This document shows, one piece after another, positions 28,163 through 37,304 of a DNA stretch of 64,000 bases. The notes under the pieces were generated by a model that saw nothing but the letters and a program-made list of their open reading frames with translations, was not told the origin of the DNA and did not search any database. The stretch lies in contig CAVTZU010000018.1 in assembly GCA_963739305.1 (NCBI GenBank), positions 32,001 to 96,000 on the forward strand, read 5' to 3'. Position 1 is the first letter of the stretch; every line of letters starts with the position of its first letter. This DNA comes from Candidatus Bathyarchaeota archaeon (GTDB taxonomy: Archaea > Thermoproteota > Bathyarchaeia > Bathyarchaeales > Bathycorpusculaceae). A program made the position numbers and the translations under genes.

Positions 28163-30196
28163 TCAAGTAATATGCTCTGTGTTTGGTTCAGTCTCTTGCA
28201 TTGACTTTTTCTGAATATTGAGTTTTCTCGCAGCCAGATAGATTGTCACTACGACCAAAATCACTGCTATTGCCGTAACAACATAGAGTACATTGAGTAT
28301 GTTGTTCAGCTGATTGTTCATTGCGTTGTTTTGCTCCCGAAGGCCTTCAATATATGCGTGCAGTGTCGAGTTTGCCGTACTCAATTGTGACTGAAGATTG
28401 CTTATTGCATTGTTAAGAATCGCAGTCGTACTGTCAAGAGATCCTTCTAGGCTCTGAACAGTTGAATTGAGAGAGGCGATCTTCTCCTGCAAACTATGGA
28501 CTGTTGTTTCCAACGAGTCATACTTTCCTTGAAGTCCAGTAACGTTACCTCCCAAATCTCTAACTGTGGTGCTGAGTAAATCGAGTTGTGAGTTGATTTC
28601 ATGTAGGTTGAGTAAGAGGCCTCTGTAGGCTAGTCTTAAATTCTCTGTTTCAACTTCAAAGGGCTGCATCAAAGGATAGTGATCGGTGTTGTTTTGATCA
28701 ATCTCGTAAGGCAAGTCTCCAATCCAGTCGAAACCTGTCTCATTCTGACAAAGTCCGCTGTGTGAATCCGCTCCAGCATAATCACTCCAATAATTGCCGC
28801 CTGAAGGATAGCCATCATCCCAAGTGTTTGCCAGCAATAAGTAGTCTGCCCCAACTTGAATGACGTTGTCTACGAAGTTGTTGTGGAAAAATCGATTGTT
28901 AGATGAAAGAACAAGGAAAATGCCATAGTGGTTTTTGTGTATGTTGTTCTCCGTGAGAAAGATGTCTGAGCAATACTCTAGTGAGACGCCAAAATAACTG
29001 CGTGTAATGTTGTTCCCTTCAATATTGACATTCAACGAGTGTTCCAGAACTATACCACTGTATTCGCTGTCCGCCACTTCATTTCCAACAATATTAGTGA
29101 GGTTGGATAATGCTTGTGAGATGCCGTCTTCGTTGTTGAGAATGTCGTTATCAATTATGCTATTTTCGGTGGAAGACCACAATAATACGCCGTAGTAGTT
29201 GTTCTTCGCGAGATTTCTGGATATTGTGCTTTTATCCGTGTAAGCTAGCGACACTCCGGAATAGTTGTTCTCCAAAGTGAGGTTCTCAACGATTATGTTT
29301 GAGCAGTTGACAAGGATAACGCATCCTGCGTCATAGGGAACCCGCCTATCATGTTCATTAACCCAGTAGTAGATTGGCTTGCCGTTGACAGTGTTCGAGT
29401 TATCCACGTCGTTTGTGAACTCTGTGACGTTGAGACCTGTGACTCTAAGGCTATACTTGCAATCGATGAAGCGGTTGTCTCTCAAGACGCTGAAGCAAGA
29501 TTGAACCAGACTCATGCTTTGTCCTCCAGCCAGGATATTTCCAATCATGCTGTTGTTGCGAGAATCATACAGTTCAACGCATGACCCGATTCCTACCGTA
29601 ACGTTGTTTTCGAAAACACGATTGTTTGAGGACTCAACGAGGTAAATGCCCGTTCCAACGTCTGCGACTATTTCGTTCCCAAAGACCAAGTTATCTGCCG
29701 ACGACGACAAATAGATGCAAGGTTGCGAGATGTCAAGCCCTCTCAACCTAAGTCGGTTTCCTGTGATGTTGTTGTCGTTTGAGGAATCAATTTCGATGCC
29801 AACTCCCCAGGAGTAAATGGTTATGTTGGCACCAAATATCGTAGATCGATTTGAATGTCGCAATAGTATGGCGCAACGGGAGCTAATCCTAATGTTCCTT
29901 GTTGTGACGTTGCTTCTGTCCGTCAAGTCTATACCCAAGCCATAACAATCAACAGCATGGTTTGCTCCATCAAGTACTATGTTGTCTCTCTCAACGACGA
30001 TCGGATCGATGATGTCAGCAGTAAGAACATATGTACTGTTGTCGGCAGTAGAAATCGGCGCGGTTACAGGATCTATAATGCCATCCGCTCTAATGTAAAT
30101 TGCAGGGTCCGATTTCCTAGGCTGAACGACGTGTATGCTTGCCACCCACGAAAGCAAAAGCAAAACAATGATCGCAGCAACAGATCTATTAAACAA
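28163..30196 (-). CDS. NosD/CASH parallel beta-helix surface protein with coiled-coil stalk and C-terminal TM anchor
   Basis: Signal peptide, GI.L..S.NN repeats, NGKPIYYW, GGNYWSDY, DHYPLM, heptad region, hydrophobic anchor. Confidence 0.88.
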   Translation of the reverse strand: MFNRSVAAIIVLLLLSWVASIHVVQPRKSDPAIYIRADGIIDPVTAPISTADNSTYVLTADIIDPIVVERDNIVLDGANHAVDCYGLGIDLTDRSNVTTRNIRISSRCAILLRHSNRSTIFGANITIYSWGVGIEIDSSNDNNITGNRLRLRGLDISQPCIYLSSSADNLVFGNEIVADVGTGIYLVESSNNRVFENNVTVGIGSCVELYDSRNNSMIGNILAGGQSMSLVQSCFSVLRDNRFIDCKYSLRVTGLNVTEFTNDVDNSNTVNGKPIYYWVNEHDRRVPYDAGCVILVNCSNIIVENLTLENNYSGVSLAYTDKSTISRNLAKNNYYGVLLWSSTENSIIDNDILNNEDGISQALSNLTNIVGNEVADSEYSGIVLEHSLNVNIEGNNITRSYFGVSLEYCSDIFLTENNIHKNHYGIFLVLSSNNRFFHNNFVDNVIQVGADYLLLANTWDDGYPSGGNYWSDYAGADSHSGLCQNETGFDWIGDLPYEIDQNNTDHYPLMQPFEVETENLRLAYRGLLLNLHEINSQLDLLSTTVRDLGGNVTGLQGKYDSLETTVHSLQEKIASLNSTVQSLEGSLDSTTAILNNAISNLQSQLSTANSTLHAYIEGLREQNNAMNNQLNNILNVLYVVTAIAVILVVVTIYLAARKLNIQKKSMQETEPNTEHIT

Positions 30197-30434
30197 GTTG
30201 AATCAACCATTCCTCTAAGTCAGTTCTGAGGATGCATCCAAACTATTAAAATCGTCTTTGCCATTTAATTCTACGTATCAGAACAGGTCGTTCCAAATTC
30301 CGAACAGCTGACCTCCCCGATTCAAGTAACGTGCACTGCGAGTGCACACTACGACTAACCTCTTTCAAAACCTCTTAGTCTTTATGTGCAAAAACCTTAT
30401 TCATTGTTCTATCTATTCTTGAGTGGTGATTGCA

Positions 30435-30527
30435 TTGGGTATGGGAAGCGCCAAGAATAAACCGATGACTAAGAAAGAACGAGAAGAGAAAAGGAAAAAA
30501 CACAAGGAAAAGCGGTTAAAGAAGTAG
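30435..30527 (+). CDS. Lys/Arg-rich micro-protein (M)GMGSAKNKPMTKKEREEKRKKHKEKRLKK
   Basis: AAAACCTTAT promoter-like box near 30391; GGTGA SD at 30425; TTG 30435 or ATG 30441; TAG ends at 30527. Confidence 0.6.
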   Translation: MGMGSAKNKPMTKKEREEKRKKHKEKRLKK

Positions 30528-30708
30528 TCTCGGTCATCGCGCGTTTATTCTTAACGTGCTCTATCGAGTACACGACGACTAATCTCTTTACGATATCATT
30601 GTTCAACCACTACTCATTGATCGATCGATTCATCAGTTTCTACCACGGCAAAGCACGCGCAATTTTAATAGACGTAAGAGCATAGTCTAATCTTAAGGAG
30701 GATGAATT

Positions 30709-30840
30709 GTGCCCAAAGGTAAGAAAGAGAAAGCTATGGATCATAAACACCACATGAAATTGCAGAGAGAAAAGGAACTGAAAAGGAAAGAGAAACGGAA
30801 CGTTGGACTCCCTGCAGAATATGATAAAGGTAAGAAATAA
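30709..30840 (+). CDS. Lys-rich micro-protein MPKGKKEKAMDHKHHMKLQREKELKRKEKRNVGLPAEYDKGKK
   Basis: TTTTAATA box near 30663; AAGGAGG SD at 30695; GTG 30709; TAA ends at 30840. Confidence 0.65.
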   Translation: MPKGKKEKAMDHKHHMKLQREKELKRKEKRNVGLPAEYDKGKK

Positions 30841-31031
30841 CGCGCGAGAATAGCGCAATAGTCTATCTCTCTTCAGTCTCTTAGTTCTCTCAAGCCTCTT
30901 CATGAGGTAGCCACCGGACAACACTTACCCTTGATTATGTCTGATATTCTACAATGCAGTCTCAACGTTGTTCAAAAAGTCAGGTAGCTTTCCAAATTCT
31001 AATTTTCTAAGCGGGCGCGCGCGTAACTACG

Positions 31032-31979
31032 CTATTCTCGTTTCTCTAGGTAAACCGCTGACTCGCTGACCCTTTCCAGTATTGGTTCAAGAGCGTCTTC
31101 GCCTGTGCCTCTCAAACCGCAATCTGGATGTAGAAACGCAATTTTCTCTCCCCCGATTTTGTCCCGAATCACCTCAAGTCTATTCAACACTGACTCGGCT
31201 GTCTCCACTTCTCCCTTTGTCCTTGCTTGAACCGAAACACAGCCCACTCCCAACTTCTTCCAGTGGCCTTGCAGACTCAGTTTGGAGATTGCATCCACGT
31301 TACCTTTCACGCTCGGAGAGCTGAAAGCCAAACTTAGAACCGGTGCTTCCAGACTCGTCAGATCCTCAAACAATGATCTTGTGAGCGAACCGCACACGTG
31401 AACTATCAGCTTCTCCGCGTCATAGATAGAATCAGGAACGTCTGAAAGTGCCGTATTGACGATTTTGACGGCTTCCGAAGCTTCCATAACTCTGATTGCC
31501 AGGCTTGGTTCGTCAACCTGTACGTAGCAGTCAGCTTTCGCAACTGCTTCTACAAGCGGTTTGAGTGCCAAAGCAAAATCTGAATAAAGCCTCATGTCCC
31601 TTATCCCGCTGTAGTGTTCCACGCCGTTGCAGGCACACGCAAAACCCAGAGTAATCGGACCTGTAATCGAAACCTTAACCTTCACGTCCTCTCTGCGCCT
31701 GCTCTTCAAGTAATCCCTTACAAATCGAAGGTCCAAAAGCTTGGCAAAGCTGCTAGGCTCTTCGTACGGCATAATCTTAGACTTGACGCACGGTCCAGTT
31801 GCCTTGGTTCCGAGTCCCGGAAGCGACTTGAAGTACCCGATCATGTCCGCTCTCTGTTCGCCATCCGAGACGACATCAAGGCCATGTGCGAGTTGAAGAT
31901 CCACCGCCCACTGAATAGCCTCTTCAACCGGAAGCTTCTTCGGCGGAAAACTGCCGATCACCGTCTTAAGAGCTCTCAC
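31032..31979 (-). CDS. Core (catalytic-domain-only) cobalamin-independent methionine synthase family protein
   Basis: VIGSFP, SDGEQR, ITGPITL, VQVDEP, HVCG, PDCGL; start placed at GTG 31979. Confidence 0.85.
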   Translation of the reverse strand: MRALKTVIGSFPPKKLPVEEAIQWAVDLQLAHGLDVVSDGEQRADMIGYFKSLPGLGTKATGPCVKSKIMPYEEPSSFAKLLDLRFVRDYLKSRRREDVKVKVSITGPITLGFACACNGVEHYSGIRDMRLYSDFALALKPLVEAVAKADCYVQVDEPSLAIRVMEASEAVKIVNTALSDVPDSIYDAEKLIVHVCGSLTRSLFEDLTSLEAPVLSLAFSSPSVKGNVDAISKLSLQGHWKKLGVGCVSVQARTKGEVETAESVLNRLEVIRDKIGGEKIAFLHPDCGLRGTGEDALEPILERVSESAVYLEKRE

Positions 31980-32219
31980 AAGCTGCTCAGAGCTTCCTAA
32001 ACTAATAAACCTAACATCAATTCTGGAATATTGGCGTCCGTGACTTCCAACATGAAACAACCCGAAGAAACCAGGCCGGCGATACACGAATAAAACCGTT
32101 ACCACACGACATTACAAAAAACGTTACAAAAATTCAGGGCGTAGAGTATTCTTTGACCCTGCTTTGCCACTGATTCTATATACCCAAACCCCCAAACACA
32201 ACACACGAAGTGAACAGAC

Positions 32220-32630
32220 ATGATACTTGTCCACACCAGCATCCGAACAAGCGACATCGACAAATCAATCAACTTCTACACCAAACTCATCGGGCTCAAA
32301 CTCCAAGGAAGACGCCAAATCCCCCAAAACAACGCTGAAATCGCCTTCCTACAAGACCCACAAGCCAAAGGCTCCATCCTCGAACTAACCTATTACCGAA
32401 AACAAAAAAAGTTCCTGCAACCAGACTACGAAGACCGACTGTTCGACCACCTCGCGTTCAACGTAGAAGACATGCAAAAAACCATCGAAACCCTCCGCAA
32501 AAACAACGTTACAATCACCGATGAACCATACACACTCGGACCCGGTGGATCCACGATAGCCTTCATCGAAGACCCTGACGGCACGCTCATCGAACTCATC
32601 GAAAGAAAACAAACAACAACCTCAGTCTAA
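32220..32630 (+). CDS. VOC family protein (glyoxalase I-like)
   Basis: HTSIR, LELTY, HLAF.V.D, FIEDPDG..IEL. Confidence 0.9.
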   Translation: MILVHTSIRTSDIDKSINFYTKLIGLKLQGRRQIPQNNAEIAFLQDPQAKGSILELTYYRKQKKFLQPDYEDRLFDHLAFNVEDMQKTIETLRKNNVTITDEPYTLGPGGSTIAFIEDPDGTLIELIERKQTTTSV

Positions 32631-32666
32631 ACCCTTTTAGGCAATAGGGTACCCAAAACTGTCTAC

Positions 32667-33575
32667 ATGGCAACTCGCGTCATAAGCCCCGTCAACGCTC
32701 TCCTAATGACATTTCTCATAATCATCTGGGGCAGCAGCTTCGTCGTCGTAAAAATCGCCCTGTCTGAAGGATTAACACCGATCGCAATCGCCACCTTCAG
32801 GCTTCTAGTTGCAAGTGTCCTATTCATCACCGTACTCACGATCAAGAAAGCTTCAAATCGGAGCTACTCACTCCACATAGTCAAGAAAGATCTGCCCCGC
32901 CTAATCATCCTCGCCCTAACAGGAATCACCTTTTTCTTCATCGCCCAGATAACTGGGATACAACTCGCGAGCGCCTCAATCGCTGCAATCCTCGTTTGCC
33001 TCCTCTCGCCAATACTCATCACCGTGGTCTCCGCTCATACACTCAAAGAAACTTTGGCAAGAAAACAGATGACAGGAATCGGAATCGCAGCGCTAGGCAC
33101 CGTCATCGTCATAGCAGGCGGATCACTCGGCTTAGAAAGCAACATGTCCTTCCTCACCGGAACACTCGTCCTCCTACTGACACCGATCCTCTGGACCATT
33201 TACACCATCACCGGAAAAACAACAATGAAAAACTACAGCCCCTTTCTCGTAACAGCCTACGTAAACGTAATCGGCGCTCTCTGCCTTATTCCATTCTCCG
33301 TCACCGAAAACTCTCTCAACAGAATATTAACGATGAGCCTTCAAGCTTGGACAGCCATTCTCTTCCTAGCATTCACATCTTCGCTCTTGGGCTACTTCAT
33401 CTGGTTCCACGTTGCAAGCCAAGTCAAAGCCGCCGTCCTAAGCTCCTTCCTGTTCGCAGAACCCCTCGTAACCGCCCTGCTGGCCACGACGCTAATAGGA
33501 GAAACAATAAGCCTCTTCACGGCAGCAGGCGGCATCCTCATCTTCTTCGGCGTTTACCTCGTCTCTAAAAACTAG
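32667..33575 (+). CDS. DMT/EamA family transporter
   Basis: About 10 TM helices, IWGSSF, duplicated EamA halves, EPLV. Confidence 0.92.
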   Translation: MATRVISPVNALLMTFLIIIWGSSFVVVKIALSEGLTPIAIATFRLLVASVLFITVLTIKKASNRSYSLHIVKKDLPRLIILALTGITFFFIAQITGIQLASASIAAILVCLLSPILITVVSAHTLKETLARKQMTGIGIAALGTVIVIAGGSLGLESNMSFLTGTLVLLLTPILWTIYTITGKTTMKNYSPFLVTAYVNVIGALCLIPFSVTENSLNRILTMSLQAWTAILFLAFTSSLLGYFIWFHVASQVKAAVLSSFLFAEPLVTALLATTLIGETISLFTAAGGILIFFGVYLVSKN

Positions 33576-34347
33576 ACAACATCGCATCTTCACCTAGGAA
33601 TCCAACGACCCTGCGAGAGTTAAAAACACTTAGAGCTGATTTCCTAAGAACTCTGCCCACCTTCGGAATCAACCCGGCGGCATCCGTTCCAAGCTTACAC
33701 GTAACGGCATGCTCAAACATCCCAAGCGGGTACAAGTCCACAATGTCCCTGTACACCCCCGTGGCATGTAGCGCCGCATCTACCTCATTGTAGGACGCTC
33801 CGATAATCAACAACCTATCAAGAAAAGAACGCGTCCAGTCTGCGTACAACTTCAGCTGCACCTCTGTGAGTTCGGTTTCAACACGCCTTGACGACAAATC
33901 CGCCTGCAAGATTCTAACCTGCAACGGTAAGTTCTTGCAGAAACCGAACAGCTCGATCAGCTTGTTCAGCGCCACCTTCCTTCCGTCACAAAGCTGAACC
34001 TGCAGCTTCTGAAGTGAAATCGCAACCTCAACGTCTTGCGGCGAGACGCCGATGTCCATTTTAAGCTCGTTCTTGCTCGCGGCCGGATCCATCAGGTACC
34101 CTTTGAACACGGAGAACCTTTGCATATCCTCAACTTTCATAGGGCAAAACCCCACGTTTTCTTCTAGATAGTGCATAGCCACTTTTTCGTCTTCGCCAGA
34201 AACCGACACGCCGACCCACCCGCGCGAGTTAGCTTCATGAAACGTCAATTGGATGTTTAGACCATCGAGCGCCAGCTTGAGGTTCTCTTCAACCTGGCTA
34301 AGCTGAAAACCACTGTGCATCTTGGTCTGCAAAACTATGGAAGGCAA
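33565..34347 (-). CDS. DUF2110-family conserved archaeal protein
   Basis: GEDE.VA, FEHAVTCKLGTDAAGLIPKVG; position after tfe/HD; start placed at TTG 34347. Confidence 0.75.
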   Translation of the reverse strand: MPSIVLQTKMHSGFQLSQVEENLKLALDGLNIQLTFHEANSRGWVGVSVSGEDEKVAMHYLEENVGFCPMKVEDMQRFSVFKGYLMDPAASKNELKMDIGVSPQDVEVAISLQKLQVQLCDGRKVALNKLIELFGFCKNLPLQVRILQADLSSRRVETELTEVQLKLYADWTRSFLDRLLIIGASYNEVDAALHATGVYRDIVDLYPLGMFEHAVTCKLGTDAAGLIPKVGRVLRKSALSVFNSRRVVGFLGEDAMLSSF

Positions 34348-34877
34348 TCGCAGTCGCCGACCAAAGACAACATTTCTTCGTGCAACTTCCACAACCTCTC
34401 GATCGTCGCTGCAGGAAGATCCTGTGAGAGTTTGTCAATCGTCTTCTCGATTGGGACGCGGCGTGAACCCTCAATCAGCTTATCAGCGTAACAAACGATT
34501 TTTTCCTCAAGGGTTTGTGGAACGTAAACGTCCTTGGGCCACCCTAACTTCTTTGCGTCCCTTGCCGTTATGCCGCCGCCAACGTGCTTCTTGATTATCG
34601 ATATCACCGGTTTGGGCAACCTGAGGGTTTCCGCGATTTCTGCACCAACGATGGCATGGTGCACGGTGTGTGTCTTGCTTCGTCCAATGTCGTGAAGAAG
34701 CGCTCCAACCTGGACGAGATTAACATTTACGGGGTACCCTCTCTTCACGGCTGCTTCCGCAATCTCGGTGGCAAGATCAGAGACAGCCTCAACGTGTCTT
34801 ATGACGTTCTGTCTGCAACCGTACTGTCTCAGAAATTGTAGGGCTTGTTCTCTGGTCGGGAGCCGTTCACTCACCAA
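34335..34877 (-). CDS. HDIG-domain metal-dependent phosphohydrolase (TIGR00295-like)
   Basis: LLHDIGR, HVGGGI, EEKIVCYADKL. Confidence 0.9.
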   Translation of the reverse strand: MVSERLPTREQALQFLRQYGCRQNVIRHVEAVSDLATEIAEAAVKRGYPVNVNLVQVGALLHDIGRSKTHTVHHAIVGAEIAETLRLPKPVISIIKKHVGGGITARDAKKLGWPKDVYVPQTLEEKIVCYADKLIEGSRRVPIEKTIDKLSQDLPAATIERLWKLHEEMLSLVGDCDCLP

Positions 34878-35406
34878 GCTCCTTCCTCAGAGTTTCAACT
34901 TTCCTTCCCAATGCTTCCAGTATCTTATCATTGTCGTAATGCATCAGCGGCTTTCCACATGTTGGACATTTGAAAACCAGTTCCACCGCTTCCTCGAAGG
35001 GTATCCGTTTGCATCCTGGGGTGTTACAGTAATAGAAATCATGATTCTTCTCGAACTCAAGCCTGATGTTCAATTTCTCAAGCACACGCCGCTTCTGGCT
35101 TTGTATGAAGGCTTCCAGCTGATCCGACTGCAGTCTCCAGTGAAAAATGAACCAGCCGGTCTTTGGGTCACGGGTTCTTCTCAAGCTAACGAGAGAGTGG
35201 TCATAGAGTTTGTAAAGGATCTTGCGCACCGAGTTCAGTCTTATGCCCGTCTTTGTGGCAATCTCGTCATCAGTGGTTTCCTCGGCGTTCTTGAGAACTT
35301 CGATCAGCCTTATGGCTTCCTCCTCGCCCAACGCCTGCGCAACCCTCGTCAACGTTGCATCGTCAATGCTTGATAACATGGCGGTATCCTTGCTTCTCTT
35401 TTTCAA
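34867..35406 (-). CDS. tfe: Transcription factor E (TFE alpha)
   Basis: TDDEIA..GIRLNSVRKILYKL winged helix; C..GC and FKCPTCG Zn ribbon; alternative start ATG 35379. Confidence 0.95.
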   Translation of the reverse strand: MKKRSKDTAMLSSIDDATLTRVAQALGEEEAIRLIEVLKNAEETTDDEIATKTGIRLNSVRKILYKLYDHSLVSLRRTRDPKTGWFIFHWRLQSDQLEAFIQSQKRRVLEKLNIRLEFEKNHDFYYCNTPGCKRIPFEEAVELVFKCPTCGKPLMHYDNDKILEALGRKVETLRKELGE

Positions 35407-35467
35407 GACGGATCTCTATATTATATACTGCAATGTTCGAATTTAAATCTCTTTACGAAAGAAAAGA

Positions 35468-36025
35468 CTAAATCTGTCGTCGTTTCTCGACAGAGATCTT
35501 TTTTCCCCTTTGTTGAGGGACTATTTTCACCTTTGCATTCTTCAATGATCTACTCAGCTCTTTTCCTTCGAAGAAGCGGTCAAGAAAGACAGCGAGACTC
35601 GCACACTCGGAATGAGGCTGGTTTCCGATCGCCACGTTGAAGTCAGAAACATCTTGGGAAAAGAATCGGCCCGGCACTTTCTGGCTTCCAACGATGACAA
35701 GAACATCTTTGTTTGAATCTCTTATCTTCTTCATCACGCCGCTGGTTTCGACGTTTTCACCATATGCCGTCAAGTGAACGATCAGACCCTCCTTTTTCTT
35801 CCATTCTCGGACGACTTTTTTCCATGGGGTTCCCATTTCGAAGAAGAATCGTCCACCCCATTGCTGAGTGACTTTCTCAATTGATTCCTTGATTTGGTTG
35901 TCTTTTGTGTCTGAGAGAATGATTCCCGTGGCTCCCAGCGCTCTGGCGGCTAAGGCTACATGTGTTGTGAGTCGTGCATCTCGCTGGGGTCTGTGGCCCC
36001 ACCTCAACACAACGACTTGTTTCAT
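35468..36025 (-). CDS. trm56: tRNA (cytidine56-2'-O)-methyltransferase
   Basis: LRWGHRPQRDARLTTHV, HLTAYG, VGSQKVP, NQPHSE. Confidence 0.96.
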   Translation of the reverse strand: MKQVVVLRWGHRPQRDARLTTHVALAARALGATGIILSDTKDNQIKESIEKVTQQWGGRFFFEMGTPWKKVVREWKKKEGLIVHLTAYGENVETSGVMKKIRDSNKDVLVIVGSQKVPGRFFSQDVSDFNVAIGNQPHSECASLAVFLDRFFEGKELSRSLKNAKVKIVPQQRGKKISVEKRRQI

Positions 36026-36041
36026 GGCAATTTCCCTTTTT

Positions 36042-37304
36042 TTAGGCTTTCTGCAGTTTTGCGTTGAATTCTTTTTGGACGCGTGCTCTCACTCGCTCTG
36101 CAAACGATGGTTCTGATTCAAAAACCACGTGAACCGAGTCCGCGTTATAGTCGGTCTTTTGTACGTCAGCATTCTTGAAGAGCCAAGCCATGAACGACAT
36201 TGTGTTCTTTGTTACGGGAATTGTGAATGACGCTTTGACGTAGTTTCTGAGGATTTTTAATATTTCATTTTTTAGCTGTCCTGTGTTTGTTCCTTTCAGG
36301 GCTGATATAGGCACTAAGGTCGTTGCTTTGTCTTTTAGGAGGTTGATTTTCTGTTGGGCCTCTTCTTCAGAGATGAGGTCGATTTTGTTCAGTACTGTTA
36401 TGGTCGGGATGCCTGACGCTCCTATGCGTTCTATCGTCTCCAGACAAGCTGAGAGCTTCTTTTCGACGACGTAAATGGTTTCGCTGACGTCAACGATCAG
36501 CAGAATGAGATCGGAGTATATGGTTTCTTCGAGCGTCGAATGGAAAGCTTCTATTAGGGTCAGGGGTAATCGATCTATGAACCCTACTGTGTCGGTTAAC
36601 AGGAACTTTTTGTTGGAAAACGTCACGAGTCGCGTCGTGGTTGACAGCGTTGTGAACAAGACTGTGTCCACTGGAACAGTTTCCTCTGCTAGCGCGTTGA
36701 ATAGAGAGCTTTTTCCGGCTTTAGTGTATCCTGCGAGGGAAATCGACGTGAACCCAAGCTCGGCCCTTCTTTCACGTTGCAGTCCGCGTTTTCCCCTTAT
36801 TTTCTTCAGCTTCCTCCGTATAGCATGTATTTCTCTCTTTACGCTCTCGTAATAAACATCCACTTCGTAGGCTCCAAGCCCCATGAAACCTGGTTGCTCA
36901 CCTTTTTTCGCGAGTCTCACTCTTTCTTTCGCTTGTGCGAGGTCGTAACTTAGTTTCGCCAATCGAATCTGGAACTGTGCCTCCGTCGTCGTGGCTCTGC
37001 TCGTGAAGATCTCGAGTATGAGCTGGAAACGGTCGATGGCTTCCACGCCTGTAGATTTCGCAAGGTTGTACGATTGAACAGGTCTCAATAGGTTGTCGAA
37101 AATCACTTTTTCAGCGCCCGTTTTCTTCACGAGCTCGGCGAGTTCCTCGACTTTTCCGGGCCCAATCTGGTAGCGTGCGTTGGGTCTTCTCACCTGTTCT
37201 ATTCTGCCAACAACTGTATAACCTGCTGATTCAGCGAGGCTTGATAGTTCATCGAGAGCTCTTGGTTCAGCCCGCTCTCGTCGCTGGACTATGACTGACT
37301 TCGT
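36042..37304 (-). CDS. hflX: GTPase HflX
   Basis: GYTKAGKSS, LFTTL, DTVGF, NKID; conserved ELSSLAESAGY lies upstream of the called GTG; probable ACG start at 37304. Confidence 0.92.
   Translation of the reverse strand, partial: TKSVIVQRRERAEPRALDELSSLAESAGYTVVGRIEQVRRPNARYQIGPGKVEELAELVKKTGAEKVIFDNLLRPVQSYNLAKSTGVEAIDRFQLILEIFTSRATTTEAQFQIRLAKLSYDLAQAKERVRLAKKGEQPGFMGLGAYEVDVYYESVKREIHAIRRKLKKIRGKRGLQRERRAELGFTSISLAGYTKAGKSSLFNALAEETVPVDTVLFTTLSTTTRLVTFSNKKFLLTDTVGFIDRLPLTLIEAFHSTLEETIYSDLILLIVDVSETIYVVEKKLSACLETIERIGASGIPTITVLNKIDLISEEEAQQKINLLKDKATTLVPISALKGTNTGQLKNEILKILRNYVKASFTIPVTKNTMSFMAWLFKNADVQKTDYNADSVHVVFESEPSFAERVRARVQKEFNAKLQKA

Larger units (their letters stand above)
30327..30873 (+). 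repeat. Imperfect ~40-nt direct repeat with hairpin, at 30327-30365 and 30552-30589, weaker third copy at 30838-30873
   Basis: taacGTGCACTgcgAGTGCACactacgactaacctcttt vs taacGTGCTCtatcGAGTACacgacgactaatctcttt. Confidence 0.6.

Noticed and set aside
30280-30326. Possible attR (partial tRNA-Val copy)
   Set aside because: Only short matches (AGGTCG, TTCAAGT); too weak, and no int(C) is adjacent
30640-30924. 94-aa hydrophobic minus-strand ORF
   Set aside because: The Phe/Leu-rich translation is the complement of the Lys-rich micro-ORF, which has better SD and promoter support
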